A program made the position numbers and the translations under genes. Shown piece after piece: positions 21,678-31,174 of a stretch of DNA of 42,303 bases. How positions within the stretch are numbered: position 1 is the stretch's first letter; every line of letters begins with the position of its first letter. The stretch comes from a virus (taxonomy: Duplodnaviria > Heunggongvirae > Uroviricota > Caudoviricetes): IMG/VR virus record IMGVR_UViG_2851976983_000005, one strand, 5' to 3'. Below the pieces are notes generated by a model, which was not told the origin of the DNA, did not search any database, and was given only the letters and a program-made list of their open reading frames with translations.

Positions 21678-22511
21678 ATGACAGTGAAAGCAAAGCGTTT
21701 TCGCATCGGGGTGGAAGGTGCCACCACCGACGGACGCGAAATCCAGCGTGAATGGCTGGAACAGATGGCAGCCAGCTACAACCCGGCGGTGTATACCGCG
21801 CTGATTAACCTTGAGCACATCAAGTCTTATCTGCCGGACAGCACCTTTAACCGCTACGGCAAGGTGACGGCGCTGTTTGCTGAAGAAATCACGGAAGGTC
21901 CGCTGGCAGGCAAGATGGCGCTGTATGCCGACGTTGAGCCAACGGAGTCCCTGGTGGAACTGGTGAAAAAAGGCCAGAAATTATTCACCTCTATGGAAGT
22001 CAGCCCGAAGTTCGCTGATACGGGCAAAGCCTATCTGGTCGGCCTGGCTGCCACTGATGACCCTGCCAGTCTGGGTACGGAAATGCTGACATTCAGCGCC
22101 AGTGCAGCCCATAACCCGCTGGCAAACCGCAAGCAGAATCCTGCCAATCTCTTTACCGCTGCAGAGGAAACGGTGATCGAACTGGAAGAAATCCAGGACG
22201 ACAAACCGTCCCTGTTTGCCCGCGTCACGGCGCTGTTTACCAAAAAAGAGCAGTCCGATGACGCCCGGTTCTCTGATGTGCATAAGGCCGTGGAGCTGGT
22301 CGCCACTGAGCAGCAGAACCTGAGCGCACGCACCGAAAAATCCCTGTCTGAGCAGGAAGAACGCCTGTCTGAGCTGGAGACTGCCCTGCAGGCACAGCAA
22401 ACCGCCTTTAACGAACTGGTGGACAAGCTGAGTCATGAAGACAGTCGCCAGGACTACCGCCAGCGTGCAACAGGCGGTAACGCCCCCGCTGACACTCTGA
22501 CCAATTGCTGA
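21678..22511 (+). CDS. Capsid scaffolding protein (P2 gpO homolog)
   Basis: 277 aa. FRIGVEGATTDGREIQ and YLVGLAATDDPASLGTE match my memory of P2 gpO. Confidence 0.85.
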   Translation: MTVKAKRFRIGVEGATTDGREIQREWLEQMAASYNPAVYTALINLEHIKSYLPDSTFNRYGKVTALFAEEITEGPLAGKMALYADVEPTESLVELVKKGQKLFTSMEVSPKFADTGKAYLVGLAATDDPASLGTEMLTFSASAAHNPLANRKQNPANLFTAAEETVIELEEIQDDKPSLFARVTALFTKKEQSDDARFSDVHKAVELVATEQQNLSARTEKSLSEQEERLSELETALQAQQTAFNELVDKLSHEDSRQDYRQRATGGNAPADTLTNC

Positions 22512-22527
22512 TGGAGCACAAAACCCG

Positions 22528-23586
22528 ATGAAGAAGAATACCCGCTTTGCTTTTAACGCTTACCTGCAGCAGCTGGCGCGTCTGAACGGTGTGGCAGTTG
22601 AAGAACTGTCCAGCAAGTTCACCGTGGAGCCGTCTGTGCAGCAGACGCTGGAAGACCAGATCCAGCAGTCCGCCGCTTTCCTGACGCTGATTAACGTCAC
22701 GCCAGTGACTGAGCAGTCCGGTCAGCTGCTGGGGCTGGGAGTTGGCAGCACCATTGCCGGAACCACTGACACCACCGCGAAAGAGCGTGAACCTGTCGAT
22801 CCGACGCTGATGGTCGATGTGGAATATAAATGCGAGCAGACCAACTTTGACACGGTGCTGACCTACGCGAAGCTGGACCTGTGGGCGAAGTTTCAGGATT
22901 TCCAGGTGCGCATCCGTGACGCCATCGTGAAACGTCAGGCTCTGGACCGCATCATGATCGGCTTTAACGGCGTGAAGCGTGCGAAAACCTCCAACCGTAG
23001 CGAAAACCCGCTGCTGCAGGATGTGAACAAAGGCTGGCTGCAGAAAATCCGTGAAGATGCACCGGATCACGTCATGGGCAGCACCACCACGGGCGGTGAA
23101 ACCACACCGGGTGCGGTGAAAGTCGGGAAAGGTGGCGAATATGCCAACCTGGACGCCGTGGTGATGGATGCCGTCAATGAGCTTATCGATGTGGTCTACC
23201 AGGACGATGACGATCTGGTGGTGATTTGCGGTCGTGAACTGCTGTCTGACAAGTATTTCCCGCTGGTCAACAAAGAGCAGGAAAACAGTGAAAAACTGGC
23301 TGCCGATATGATCATCAGTCAGAAACGCATGGGTGGCCTGCAGGCCGTGCGTGCGCCGTTCTTCCCGCCGAATGCACTGCTGATCACCCGTCTGGATAAC
23401 CTGTCCATCTACTGGCAGGAAGACACCCGCCGCCGCTCAGTTATCGACAACCCGAAACGTGACCGGATTGAAAACTTTGAATCCGTTAACGAAGCCTATG
23501 TGGTTGAGGACTACCGCTGCGCCGCACTGGTGGAAAACATCCAGATTGGCGACTTCAGCGCCGCAGCAGCAGAAACCGGAGCGTAA
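22528..23586 (+). CDS. Major capsid protein (P2 gpN homolog)
   Basis: 352 aa. TRFAFNAYLQQLARLNG, KFTVEPSVQQTL and RIRDAIVKRQALDRIMIGFNG match the P2 gpN pattern. Confidence 0.9.
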   Translation: MKKNTRFAFNAYLQQLARLNGVAVEELSSKFTVEPSVQQTLEDQIQQSAAFLTLINVTPVTEQSGQLLGLGVGSTIAGTTDTTAKEREPVDPTLMVDVEYKCEQTNFDTVLTYAKLDLWAKFQDFQVRIRDAIVKRQALDRIMIGFNGVKRAKTSNRSENPLLQDVNKGWLQKIREDAPDHVMGSTTTGGETTPGAVKVGKGGEYANLDAVVMDAVNELIDVVYQDDDDLVVICGRELLSDKYFPLVNKEQENSEKLAADMIISQKRMGGLQAVRAPFFPPNALLITRLDNLSIYWQEDTRRRSVIDNPKRDRIENFESVNEAYVVEDYRCAALVENIQIGDFSAAAAETGA

Positions 23587-23589
23587 TTC

Positions 23590-24240
23590 ATGAGCCTGAG
23601 TCCCGCACGGCAGCATCGCCTGCGCGTTCAGGCTGAACAGGCCGCCCGCGAGGGCGGCAGCGTTCGCCACGCGTCGGGCTATGACCTGATGCTGCTGCAA
23701 CTGGCGGAAGACCGCCGCCGTCTCAAGGGCGTTCAGTCCACGGTCAAAAAAGCGGAAATCAAGGTGGAGCTGCTGCCGAAGTACGCCGCCTGGGCGGAGG
23801 GTGTCCTGGCTGCCGGAGGCGCTCAACAGGATGACGTGCTGATGTACGTGATGCTGTGGCGCATTGATGCCGGAGATTATGCCGGGGCGCTGGAGATCGG
23901 GCGTCACGCCCTGCGTCATGGCTGGGTGATGCCGCTGGGTAATCGCAATGTGCAGACCGTGCTGGCAGAGGAAATGGCAGACGCGGCGCAGAGCGCAATG
24001 CTTGCCGCCACCGGCTTTGATGCCGATCTGTTGCTGCAGACGCTGGAGCTGACAGACGGTCTGGATATGCCGGACCAGTCACGGGCGCGTCTGCATAAAG
24101 CGATTGGCGCTGTCCTGAGTGAAAGCAATCCGGCTTCCGCCCTTAACCATCTCAACCATGCGTTGCAGCTCGATCCCCGCTGTGGCGTGAAAAAAGACAA
24201 ACAGCAGCTGGAGCGCAGACTGCGCAATGACAGCCGCTGA
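23590..24240 (+). CDS. Terminase small (endonuclease) subunit (P2 gpM homolog)
   Basis: 216 aa. Position after the capsid gene. Confidence 0.8.
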   Translation: MSLSPARQHRLRVQAEQAAREGGSVRHASGYDLMLLQLAEDRRRLKGVQSTVKKAEIKVELLPKYAAWAEGVLAAGGAQQDDVLMYVMLWRIDAGDYAGALEIGRHALRHGWVMPLGNRNVQTVLAEEMADAAQSAMLAATGFDADLLLQTLELTDGLDMPDQSRARLHKAIGAVLSESNPASALNHLNHALQLDPRCGVKKDKQQLERRLRNDSR

Positions 24241-24336
24241 CAGAACGTGCCCCCGCGCACGGGCGGCACGGGGTGGCGAAAGGCACAGCCACATCAAAAC
24301 TCCGTCCACCGCCCTCTATTTCAGGAGAAAGCAGCA

Positions 24337-24800
24337 TGAAGTTTGTTGCACCAGAACAGGCACCGGAACAGGCGGAAATCATCAGAAATACGCCGTTCTG
24401 GCCTGATGTGGACCTGTCGGAGTTTCGCAGTGTGATGCGCACTGACGGCACGGTGACGCAGCCGCGTTTAAAGCAGGTTGCGCTGTCGGCAATTTCGGAG
24501 GTCAACGCAGAACTGTATGAGTTTCGCAGACGCCAGCAGATGCTGGGATATGCCTCGCTGGCAGAGGTTCCGGCGGAACAACTGGACGGCAAAAGTGAGC
24601 GCATTCAGCACTATTTCAACGCGGTTTACTGCTGGGCACGCGCCATGCTCAACGAACGTTACCAGGACTATGACGCCACGGCGTCTGGTGTGAAGCGGGG
24701 CGAGGAACTGGCGGAAGCCAGCGGTGATTTGTGGCGTGACGCCCGCTGGGCCATCAGCCGGGTACAGGATGCGCCGCACTGCACAGTGGAGCTTATCTGA
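24337..24800 (+). CDS. Head completion/stabilisation protein (P2 gpL homolog)
   Basis: ORF track 24273..24800; AGGAGA precedes ATG 24337. ELWRDARWAISRVQ resembles the gpL C-terminus. Confidence 0.8.
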
Positions 24801-25003
24801 TGAAAGTGCGTGCGCATCAGTATGACACGGTGGACGCGCTTTGCTGGCGTCATTACGGGCGCACGCAGGGTGTCACGGAGCAGGTACTGAAGGCAAATCC
24901 GGGGCTTGCCGAATATGGCCCCTTTTTACCTCACGGGCTGCAGGTGGAGCTGCCGGACATTCCGACAACCACCACCGTGCAGACCGTCCAGCTATGGGAC
25001 TGA
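24800..25003 (+). CDS. Tail protein X (P2 gpX homolog)
   Basis: 67 aa, the same length as P2 X. YGRTQGVTEQVLKANPGLAE matches the gpX pattern. Confidence 0.8.
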   Translation: MKVRAHQYDTVDALCWRHYGRTQGVTEQVLKANPGLAEYGPFLPHGLQVELPDIPTTTTVQTVQLWD

Positions 25004-25006
25004 ATT

Positions 25007-25222
25007 ATGACGCTTGAGCGAATCAGCGCCTTTATCACGTATTGCATCGCCGTCGTGCTGGCCTGGCTGGGCGATTTGTCCATCAAGGATGCCTCAACGC
25101 TGGGCGGCCTGATGATCGGTGTGCTGATGCTGGCTATCAACTGGTACTACAAACACAAAGCCTACCAGCTTCTGCGCGACGGGCAGATCACGCGGGAGGA
25201 CTATGAATCCATCAATCGTTAA
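25007..25222 (+). CDS. Holin (two-TM, pinholin-like)
   Basis: 71 aa with two hydrophobic helices, directly before an endolysin that has a SAR-like N-terminus. Confidence 0.55.
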   Translation: MTLERISAFITYCIAVVLAWLGDLSIKDASTLGGLMIGVLMLAINWYYKHKAYQLLRDGQITREDYESINR

Positions 25223-25715
25223 ACGCTGCCTTGTCGGGACCGTGCTGGCTATTGCTGCCACGCTGCCGGGTTTTCAGCAGCTTCACACCTCCGTGGAGGG
25301 ACTGAAACTGATTGCCGATTACGAAGGCTGTCGTCTGCAGCCGTATCAGTGCAGCGCGGGTGTATGGACTGACGGCATTGGTAATACGTCGGGCGTCATT
25401 CCCGGCAAAACCATTACGGAACGACAGGCAGCAGAAGGGCTTATCTCCAACGTGCTGCGTGTGGAGCGGGCGCTGGAAAGATGTGTGAAGCAACAGCCGC
25501 CACAAAAGGTGTATGACTCGGTGGTGTCGTTTGCCTTCAACGTGGGGACAGGCAATGCCTGCAGCTCCACGCTGGTGAAATTGCTCAATCAGCGGCGCTG
25601 GGCGGATGCGTGCCGACAGTTGCCGCGCTGGGTTTATGTAAAAGGTGTGTTTAATCAGGGGCTGGATAACCGCCGTGCGCGGGAGATGGCCTGGTGTTTA
25701 CAGGGAGCAAACTGA
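25203..25715 (+). CDS. Endolysin (phage lysozyme with SAR-like signal-anchor N-terminus)
   Basis: 170 aa. LKLIADYEGCRLQPYQCSAGVWTDGIGNT lysozyme catalytic region. Weakly hydrophobic Ala/Gly-rich N-terminus CLVGTVLAIAATL. Confidence 0.8.
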   Translation: MNPSIVKRCLVGTVLAIAATLPGFQQLHTSVEGLKLIADYEGCRLQPYQCSAGVWTDGIGNTSGVIPGKTITERQAAEGLISNVLRVERALERCVKQQPPQKVYDSVVSFAFNVGTGNACSSTLVKLLNQRRWADACRQLPRWVYVKGVFNQGLDNRRAREMAWCLQGAN

Positions 25716-25716
25716 A

Positions 25717-26094
25717 ATGAAAAAGAAATTAATCAGCGGACTGTTTCTGATGTTATGGATGGCGCTGTTAATCGCAGCAATGGTGTATCCGCAGGGGATC
25801 TTTCCGGTACCGGCAGCGTCCGGCGTTTGGGTAGCCTGTTTGCTGGCATGGGCGGTAATTCCGGTAGCACTGGCTGCGTTAATTCAGAATGGCCCGCTCT
25901 GGCAGGAGTTAAGGGCATCTTTGCTGAAGACAATTACCCGAAAAGAAAACGTATTTATCAGTTGGGTGATGCGATTGCTGATTGTTGTAAGTCTCGCATG
26001 GACTGGGTGGGCTATTACCCTGGTCTTTTATCTACTGACCGTTATTGCCTTCTGGATCACCCGTAATCAGATGGCGCAACAGGTAGCAGCATGA
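25717..26094 (+). CDS. LysA-like membrane protein (lysis timing)
   Basis: ORF track 25645..26094; start trimmed to ATG 25717 just after the endolysin stop. Multiple TM helices. Confidence 0.5.
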   Translation: MKKKLISGLFLMLWMALLIAAMVYPQGIFPVPAASGVWVACLLAWAVIPVALAALIQNGPLWQELRASLLKTITRKENVFISWVMRLLIVVSLAWTGWAITLVFYLLTVIAFWITRNQMAQQVAA

Positions 26095-26519
26095 ACCGGT
26101 TGCTGCTGGTTGTGCTGGCGTTATTACTAGCGGCGCTGGGCTGGCAGACGTGGCGGCTGGCTGATGCCAGCCAGACCATCAGCACGCAGGCAAACGAGCT
26201 GCAGAGCAAAAGCCAGGCACTGGCAAAGAGCAACAGCCAGCTTATCAGCCTGTCCATTCTGACTGAAACCAATAACCGGGAGCAGGCGCGGCTCTATGCC
26301 AAAGCAGAACAGACCAGCGCACAGCTGAGACAACGACAACGCCGGATCGAGGAACTGAAACGTGAGAACGAGGATTTACGCCACTGGGCTGATACTCCTT
26401 TGCCTGCTGACATTATCCGGCTGCGGGAACGTCCGGCACTCACCGGAGGTGCAGCTTACCGTCAGTGGTTGTCCGCGAGTGACGCCGTGTCGGCTGGAGC
26501 AGGCAGCACCGCGCACTAA
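26091..26519 (+). CDS. LysB-like i-spanin (Rz equivalent)
   Basis: 142 aa with an N-terminal TM and coiled-coil; LysC is embedded and overlapping in another frame. Confidence 0.6.
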   Translation: MNRLLLVVLALLLAALGWQTWRLADASQTISTQANELQSKSQALAKSNSQLISLSILTETNNREQARLYAKAEQTSAQLRQRQRRIEELKRENEDLRHWADTPLPADIIRLRERPALTGGAAYRQWLSASDAVSAGAGSTAH

Positions 26520-26652
26520 CGGTGATCTGAATGCGTTGCTGGATGAAACGGAGGCCGCCTGGGCGGTCTGTGCAGACAAAGTGGACATGATTATTGCGTG
26601 TCAGGAGCGAAACAGTGAACAAACCACAATCCCTGCGCCACGCCCTCAATAA
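26362..26652 (+). CDS. LysC-like o-spanin lipoprotein (Rz1 equivalent), overlapping lysB out of frame
   Basis: 96 aa, the same length as P2 LysC. Lipobox LTLSGC after the signal peptide. Confidence 0.6.
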   Translation: MRTRIYATGLILLCLLTLSGCGNVRHSPEVQLTVSGCPRVTPCRLEQAAPRTNGDLNALLDETEAAWAVCADKVDMIIACQERNSEQTTIPAPRPQ

Positions 26653-27046
26653 AGCGGTGCCTTATGTCCGCAATAACCCGGACAAACTGCATCTGTTTGT
26701 GGATAACGGTTCGCTGGTTGCCACGGGGGCCAGCTCCATGTCATGGGAGTACCGCTACACCCTGAACGTGGTGATTGAGGATTTCAGCGGCGACCAGAAT
26801 CTGCTGATGGCCCCGGTTTTGCTGTGGCTGCGTGATAACCAGCCCGATGCCATCAATAACCAGGCGTTACGGGAAAAGCTATTCACCTTTGAGGTGGATA
26901 TTCTGCGCAACGATGTCTGTGATATCAGCCTCAACCTGCAACTGACGGAGCGTGTGCTGGTCAGCACTGACGGCAGTGTGTCGAGCGTTGAAGCTATAGC
27001 GGAACCTGATGAACCTGAAGAAATGTGGACGGTGAAACGTGGCTGA
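26594..27046 (+). CDS. Tail completion protein (P2 gpR homolog); true start may be GTG 26615
   Basis: 150-aa ORF. LHLFVDNGSLVATGA resembles the gpR N-terminal region. Confidence 0.7.
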   Translation: MRVRSETVNKPQSLRHALNKAVPYVRNNPDKLHLFVDNGSLVATGASSMSWEYRYTLNVVIEDFSGDQNLLMAPVLLWLRDNQPDAINNQALREKLFTFEVDILRNDVCDISLNLQLTERVLVSTDGSVSSVEAIAEPDEPEEMWTVKRG

Positions 27047-27485
27047 ACTGCAGAAAGTGGACGACTGGCTGAGTGCCTTGCTGGCGAATCTGGAGCCAGC
27101 CGCAAGAAGCCGCATGATGCGCCAGCTGGCGCAGGAACTACGCCGGACACAGCAGCAAAATATCAGAATGCAGCGCAATCCAGATGGCAGCAGTTATGAA
27201 CCGCGACGGGTAACAGCACGCAGTAAAAAAGGCCGTATCAAACGTCAGATGTTTGCAAAGCTGCGCACCACAAAATACCTGAAAACTTCCGCCAGCGCCG
27301 ACTCTGCCAGCGTGCAGTTTGAAGGCAAGGTGCAGCGCATTGCCCGCGTTCACCATTACGGCCTGCGAGATCGCGTCAGTCGTAAGGGACCGGAGGTGCG
27401 TTACGCAGAGCGTCGCCTTCTGGGTGTAAATGATGATGTTGAGGCAATGACCCGCGACATGATTCTGCAATGGCTGGCGGGGTGA
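27039..27485 (+). CDS. Tail completion protein (P2 gpS homolog)
   Basis: 148 aa; overlaps the R stop. Confidence 0.7.
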   Translation: MAELQKVDDWLSALLANLEPAARSRMMRQLAQELRRTQQQNIRMQRNPDGSSYEPRRVTARSKKGRIKRQMFAKLRTTKYLKTSASADSASVQFEGKVQRIARVHHYGLRDRVSRKGPEVRYAERRLLGVNDDVEAMTRDMILQWLAG

Positions 27486-27489
27486 TCTT

Positions 27490-27507
27490 TGTATCAGCAC
27501 TGATACA
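27490..27507. promoter_or_regulatory. Ogr-type late-promoter element TGT-N12-ACA (upstream of baseplate operon)
   Basis: tgtatcagcactgataca, palindromic, just upstream of V. Confidence 0.4.
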
Positions 27508-27553
27508 AGTTGCAGCACTGCCGCCTTTCTTCCCCTGATGGCAACCTTTCCCT

Positions 27554-28132
27554 ATGAACGCACAATTAACCGAAATCATGCGCCTTATCACCAACCTGAT
27601 CCGCACAGGGGTAGTCACCGAAGTGGACAGGGAAAACTGGCTTTGCCGGGTGAAAACGGGCGAGCTTGAAACCAACTGGATCAGCTGGCTGACGCTGCGT
27701 GCCGGGAATGCCCGTACATGGTGGCGACCATCGGAAGGTGAGCAGGTGGTGCTGCTGAGTCTGGGCGGCAATCTGGAAACCGCCTTTGCGCTGCCCGCTG
27801 TCTATTCGAATCAGTTCGCACCACCGTCGACGTCGGCGGACGCCTGCGTGACAGAACATCCTGACGGTGGCTGGTTTGAATACGAACCCGCCACCGGGCG
27901 CTGGTATGTCAGGGGCATCAAATCAATGGTCATTGAGGCTGCTGACAACATCACCATGAAAACCAGTGAGTTTGTACTGGAGGCTGACCGCACGCGCATT
28001 AACAGCGAAGTGGTGATCAATGGTGGCGTTACCCAGGGCGGCGGAGCGATGAGTTCTAACGGGATCGTGGTTGATGCGCATCAGCATACTGGCGTCCTGA
28101 AAGGCGGCGATACAACCGGAGGCCCGGTATGA
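27554..28132 (+). CDS. Baseplate spike protein (P2 gpV homolog)
   Basis: 192 aa. WLTLRAGNARTWWRPSEGEQVVLL resembles the gpV N-terminal region. Confidence 0.85.
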   Translation: MNAQLTEIMRLITNLIRTGVVTEVDRENWLCRVKTGELETNWISWLTLRAGNARTWWRPSEGEQVVLLSLGGNLETAFALPAVYSNQFAPPSTSADACVTEHPDGGWFEYEPATGRWYVRGIKSMVIEAADNITMKTSEFVLEADRTRINSEVVINGGVTQGGGAMSSNGIVVDAHQHTGVLKGGDTTGGPV

Positions 28133-28488
28133 CGCTTTATAGCGGGATGAACAATACCAGCGGCAAAGTCATTACTGATATTGATCATCTGCGCCAGTCG
28201 GTGCGGGACATTCTGCTGACACCGCAGGGTAGCCGTATTGCCCGCCGGGAATATGGTTCCCTGCTGTCGGCACTGATAGATCAGCCACAAAATCCGGCAT
28301 TACGCCTGCAGGTCATGTCGGCAGTGTATGTGGCGCTGAGTCGCTGGGAGCCACGGTTGACGCTGGATTCCATCACCATCAACAGCAATTTTGACGGTTC
28401 AATGGTGGTGGAGCTGACCGGGCGGCGGAATAACGGTGTGCCTGTGTCCCTTTCCGTATCAACAGGAGCAGAGAATGGCATTGATTGA
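28129..28488 (+). CDS. Baseplate wedge protein (P2 gpW homolog)
   Basis: 119 aa; gene order. Confidence 0.8.
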   Translation: MTLYSGMNNTSGKVITDIDHLRQSVRDILLTPQGSRIARREYGSLLSALIDQPQNPALRLQVMSAVYVALSRWEPRLTLDSITINSNFDGSMVVELTGRRNNGVPVSLSVSTGAENGID

Positions 28489-29383
28489 CCTTTCGCAGTT
28501 GCCTGCACCGCAGATTGTGGATGTGCCGGACTTTGAGACGCTGCTTGCCGAACGCAAGGCAGAATTTGTGGCGCTTCATCCGAAAGATGAGCAGGAAGCA
28601 GTGATCCGCACGCTGGAACTGGAATCTGAACCCGCCACTAAATTGTTGCAGGAGAACGCTTACCGTGAGTTGCTTCTGCGCCAGCGCATTAACGAAGCCG
28701 CGCAGGCGGTGATGGTGGCTTACGCGATGGGCGGCGATCTTGACCAGCTCGCTGCCAACTACAACGTGACACGCCTGACGGTGACGCCTGCTGATAATGA
28801 TGCTGTGCCGCCCGTTGCAGCTGTGATGGAAAGCGATGAAGCGTTGCGCCTGCGTGTGCCTGCAGCCTTTGAAGGGCTTTCTGTTGCGGGGCCAACTGCA
28901 GCTTATGAATTTCATGCCCGAAGCGCCGACGGTCGGGTGGCGGATGCCAGTGCAACCAGCCCGGCACCTGCAGAGGTGGTGCTGACTGTCCTTAGCCGCG
29001 AAGGCGATGGAACTGCAGAAAAAGACCTGCTGGACGTGGTGGAAAAAGCTCTGAACAGTGAGAACGTCCGCCCGGTGGCTGACCGTCTTACGGTTCGCAG
29101 CGCAGAAATCATCCCGTATCGCGTGGAAGCCACCATTTTTCTCTATCCTGGACCGGAAGCAGAGCCGGTAATGGCAGCGGCAAAAGCCAGCCTGCAGAAG
29201 TACATCGCCAGTCAGACGCGTCTTGGTCGGGATATTCGCCGTAGCGCCATCTTTGCCGCCCTGCATGTTGAGGGGGTGCAGCGTGTGGAGCTGGCTTCTC
29301 CTCTGGCGGATGTGGTCCTGAACAAAACACAGGCGGCATCATGTACGCAGTGGAGCGTAACCAACGGAGGAACGGATGAATAG
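28475..29383 (+). CDS. Baseplate protein (P2 gpJ homolog)
   Basis: ORF track 28436..29383 trimmed to MALIDLSQLPAP; 302 aa, the same length as P2 J. Confidence 0.85.
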   Translation: MALIDLSQLPAPQIVDVPDFETLLAERKAEFVALHPKDEQEAVIRTLELESEPATKLLQENAYRELLLRQRINEAAQAVMVAYAMGGDLDQLAANYNVTRLTVTPADNDAVPPVAAVMESDEALRLRVPAAFEGLSVAGPTAAYEFHARSADGRVADASATSPAPAEVVLTVLSREGDGTAEKDLLDVVEKALNSENVRPVADRLTVRSAEIIPYRVEATIFLYPGPEAEPVMAAAKASLQKYIASQTRLGRDIRRSAIFAALHVEGVQRVELASPLADVVLNKTQAASCTQWSVTNGGTDE

Positions 29384-29981
29384 TCTGCTGCCACCGGGTT
29401 CAACACCACTGGAGCGCCGACTGGCGCAAACCTGCAGCGGGATTTCTGATCTGCAGGTGCCGCTTCGTGATTTGTGGAATCCGGCAACCTGTCCGGTCAG
29501 TTTCCTGCCTTATCTCGCCTGGGCGTTCTCTGTGGATCGCTGGGACGAGGGCTGGACAGAAAGCGTCAAGCGCCAGGTGGTGAAGGATGCTTTTTATATT
29601 CATCAGCATAAAGGGACCACCAGTGCCGTGCGGCGGGTGGTGGAGCCGTTCGGATTCCTGATCCGCATTATTGAGTGGTGGCAGACCGGAGAAACACCGG
29701 GCACGTTTCGCCTGGATATCGGCGTGCAGGACCAGGGCATCACTGAAGATACCTATCTGGAACTTGAGCGACTGATAAGCGATGCCAAACCATGTAGCCG
29801 CCACATGATCGGCATGTCCATCAATCTGCAGACCAGCGGCCCGCATTGGGTGGGAGCCGCCAGCTATCTTGGCGAAGAAATCACGATCTATCCGTATATC
29901 AACGAAACGATTATTTCCGGTGGCACCGCGCATGAAGGCGGGGCGGTCCATGTTATTGACACAATGAGAGTGAATCCATGA
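29376..29981 (+). CDS. Baseplate protein (P2 gpI homolog)
   Basis: 201 aa; gene order. Confidence 0.8.
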   Translation: MNSLLPPGSTPLERRLAQTCSGISDLQVPLRDLWNPATCPVSFLPYLAWAFSVDRWDEGWTESVKRQVVKDAFYIHQHKGTTSAVRRVVEPFGFLIRIIEWWQTGETPGTFRLDIGVQDQGITEDTYLELERLISDAKPCSRHMIGMSINLQTSGPHWVGAASYLGEEITIYPYINETIISGGTAHEGGAVHVIDTMRVNP

Positions 29982-31174
29982 GCACAAAATTTTATACCCT
30001 GCTGACGGATATTGGCGCGGCGAAACTTGCCAGCGCCGCCGCGCTCGGTGTGCCGCTAAAAATTACCCATATGGCGGTGGGCGATGGCGGTGGAGTATTG
30101 CCAACGCCGGACGCAAAGCAGACGGCACTGGTAAATGAGAAACGCCGGGCTGCGCTGAATATGCTTTATATCGACCCGCAGAACAGCAGCCAGATTATTG
30201 CCGAACAGGTGATCCCTGAAAACGAGGGCGGTTGGTGGATACGTGAAGTGGGCCTGTTTGATGAGTCAGGGGCATTGATTGCCGTGGGCAACTGCCCGGA
30301 AAGCTATAAGCCGCAACTGGCTGAAGGTAGCGGGCGCACTCAGACCGTGCGCATGGTGCTGATTACCAGCAGCACGGACAATATCACCCTGAAAATCGAC
30401 CCTGCTGTAGTGCTGGCAACCCGCAAGTATGTGGATGACAAGGCACTGGAGCTGAAGGTGTACGCGGATGATCAGATGGCAAAACATCTTGCCGCACCGG
30501 ACCCGCATTCACAGTACGCGCCAAAAGCCAGCCCGACATTTACCGGAACCCCCAAAGCGCCAACGCCAGCGGCGGGGAATAATACCACGCAGGTTGCGAC
30601 CACTGCGTTTGTACAGGCGGCACTGACGGCCCTTATTAATGGTGCGCCAGCCACGCTGGACACGCTGAAAGAAATAGCCGCAGCCATTAACAATGATCCG
30701 AATTTCAGTACCACCATTAACAATGCGCTGGCACTAAAAGCACCGTTGTCGAGTCCGGCACTCACCGGAACGCCAACAGCCCCCACGGCGGCGCAGTCGG
30801 TCAACAATACACAGATTGCCACTACGGCTTTTGTGAAATCGGCGATTGCAGGAATGGTGGGTTCTGCACCTGCTGCACTGGATACACTGAACGAACTGGC
30901 GGCGGCACTGGGGAATGATCCGAACTTTGCCACGACAATGCTTAATGCGCTGGCAGGTAAACAACCGCTGGACAATACGCTTACCAATTTGAGTGGAAAG
31001 GATGTAGCTGGTCTTCTCACATACCTTGGTTTGGGAGAAGGCTCTGCATTAACTGTTGGTGTCCCTGTTCCGTGGCCTTCAGCCACTCCGCCAACAGGCT
31101 GGCTGAAATGCAATGGTGCGGCTTTTTCTGCTGAAGAATACCCGGAACTGGCAAAAGTTTACCCGACAAATTAA
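29978..31174 (+). CDS. Tail fibre protein (P2 gpH/Mu S family), terminated by an in-frame TAA inside a conserved block
   Basis: 398 aa ending YPELAKVYPTN-stop; the downstream in-frame segment continues LPDLRGEFIRGWDDGRG. Contains the left crossover site. Confidence 0.8.
   Translation: MSTKFYTLLTDIGAAKLASAAALGVPLKITHMAVGDGGGVLPTPDAKQTALVNEKRRAALNMLYIDPQNSSQIIAEQVIPENEGGWWIREVGLFDESGALIAVGNCPESYKPQLAEGSGRTQTVRMVLITSSTDNITLKIDPAVVLATRKYVDDKALELKVYADDQMAKHLAAPDPHSQYAPKASPTFTGTPKAPTPAAGNNTTQVATTAFVQAALTALINGAPATLDTLKEIAAAINNDPNFSTTINNALALKAPLSSPALTGTPTAPTAAQSVNNTQIATTAFVKSAIAGMVGSAPAALDTLNELAAALGNDPNFATTMLNALAGKQPLDNTLTNLSGKDVAGLLTYLGLGEGSALTVGVPVPWPSATPPTGWLKCNGAAFSAEEYPELAKVYPTN
31014..31039. 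other. gix/hix-like 26-bp inversion crossover site (left)
   Basis: TTCTCACATACC-TT-GGTTTGGGAGAA. The right half plus core is identical to the reverse complement of the site at 32697..32722; half-sites resemble TTnTCnnAAACC. Confidence 0.45.

Noticed and set aside
31172..31174. TAA in the fibre gene as a programmed readthrough or recoding site
   Set aside because: No sequence feature supports recoding and TAA is the least leaky stop; a nonsense mutation is more parsimonious. Kept as a finding for verification.
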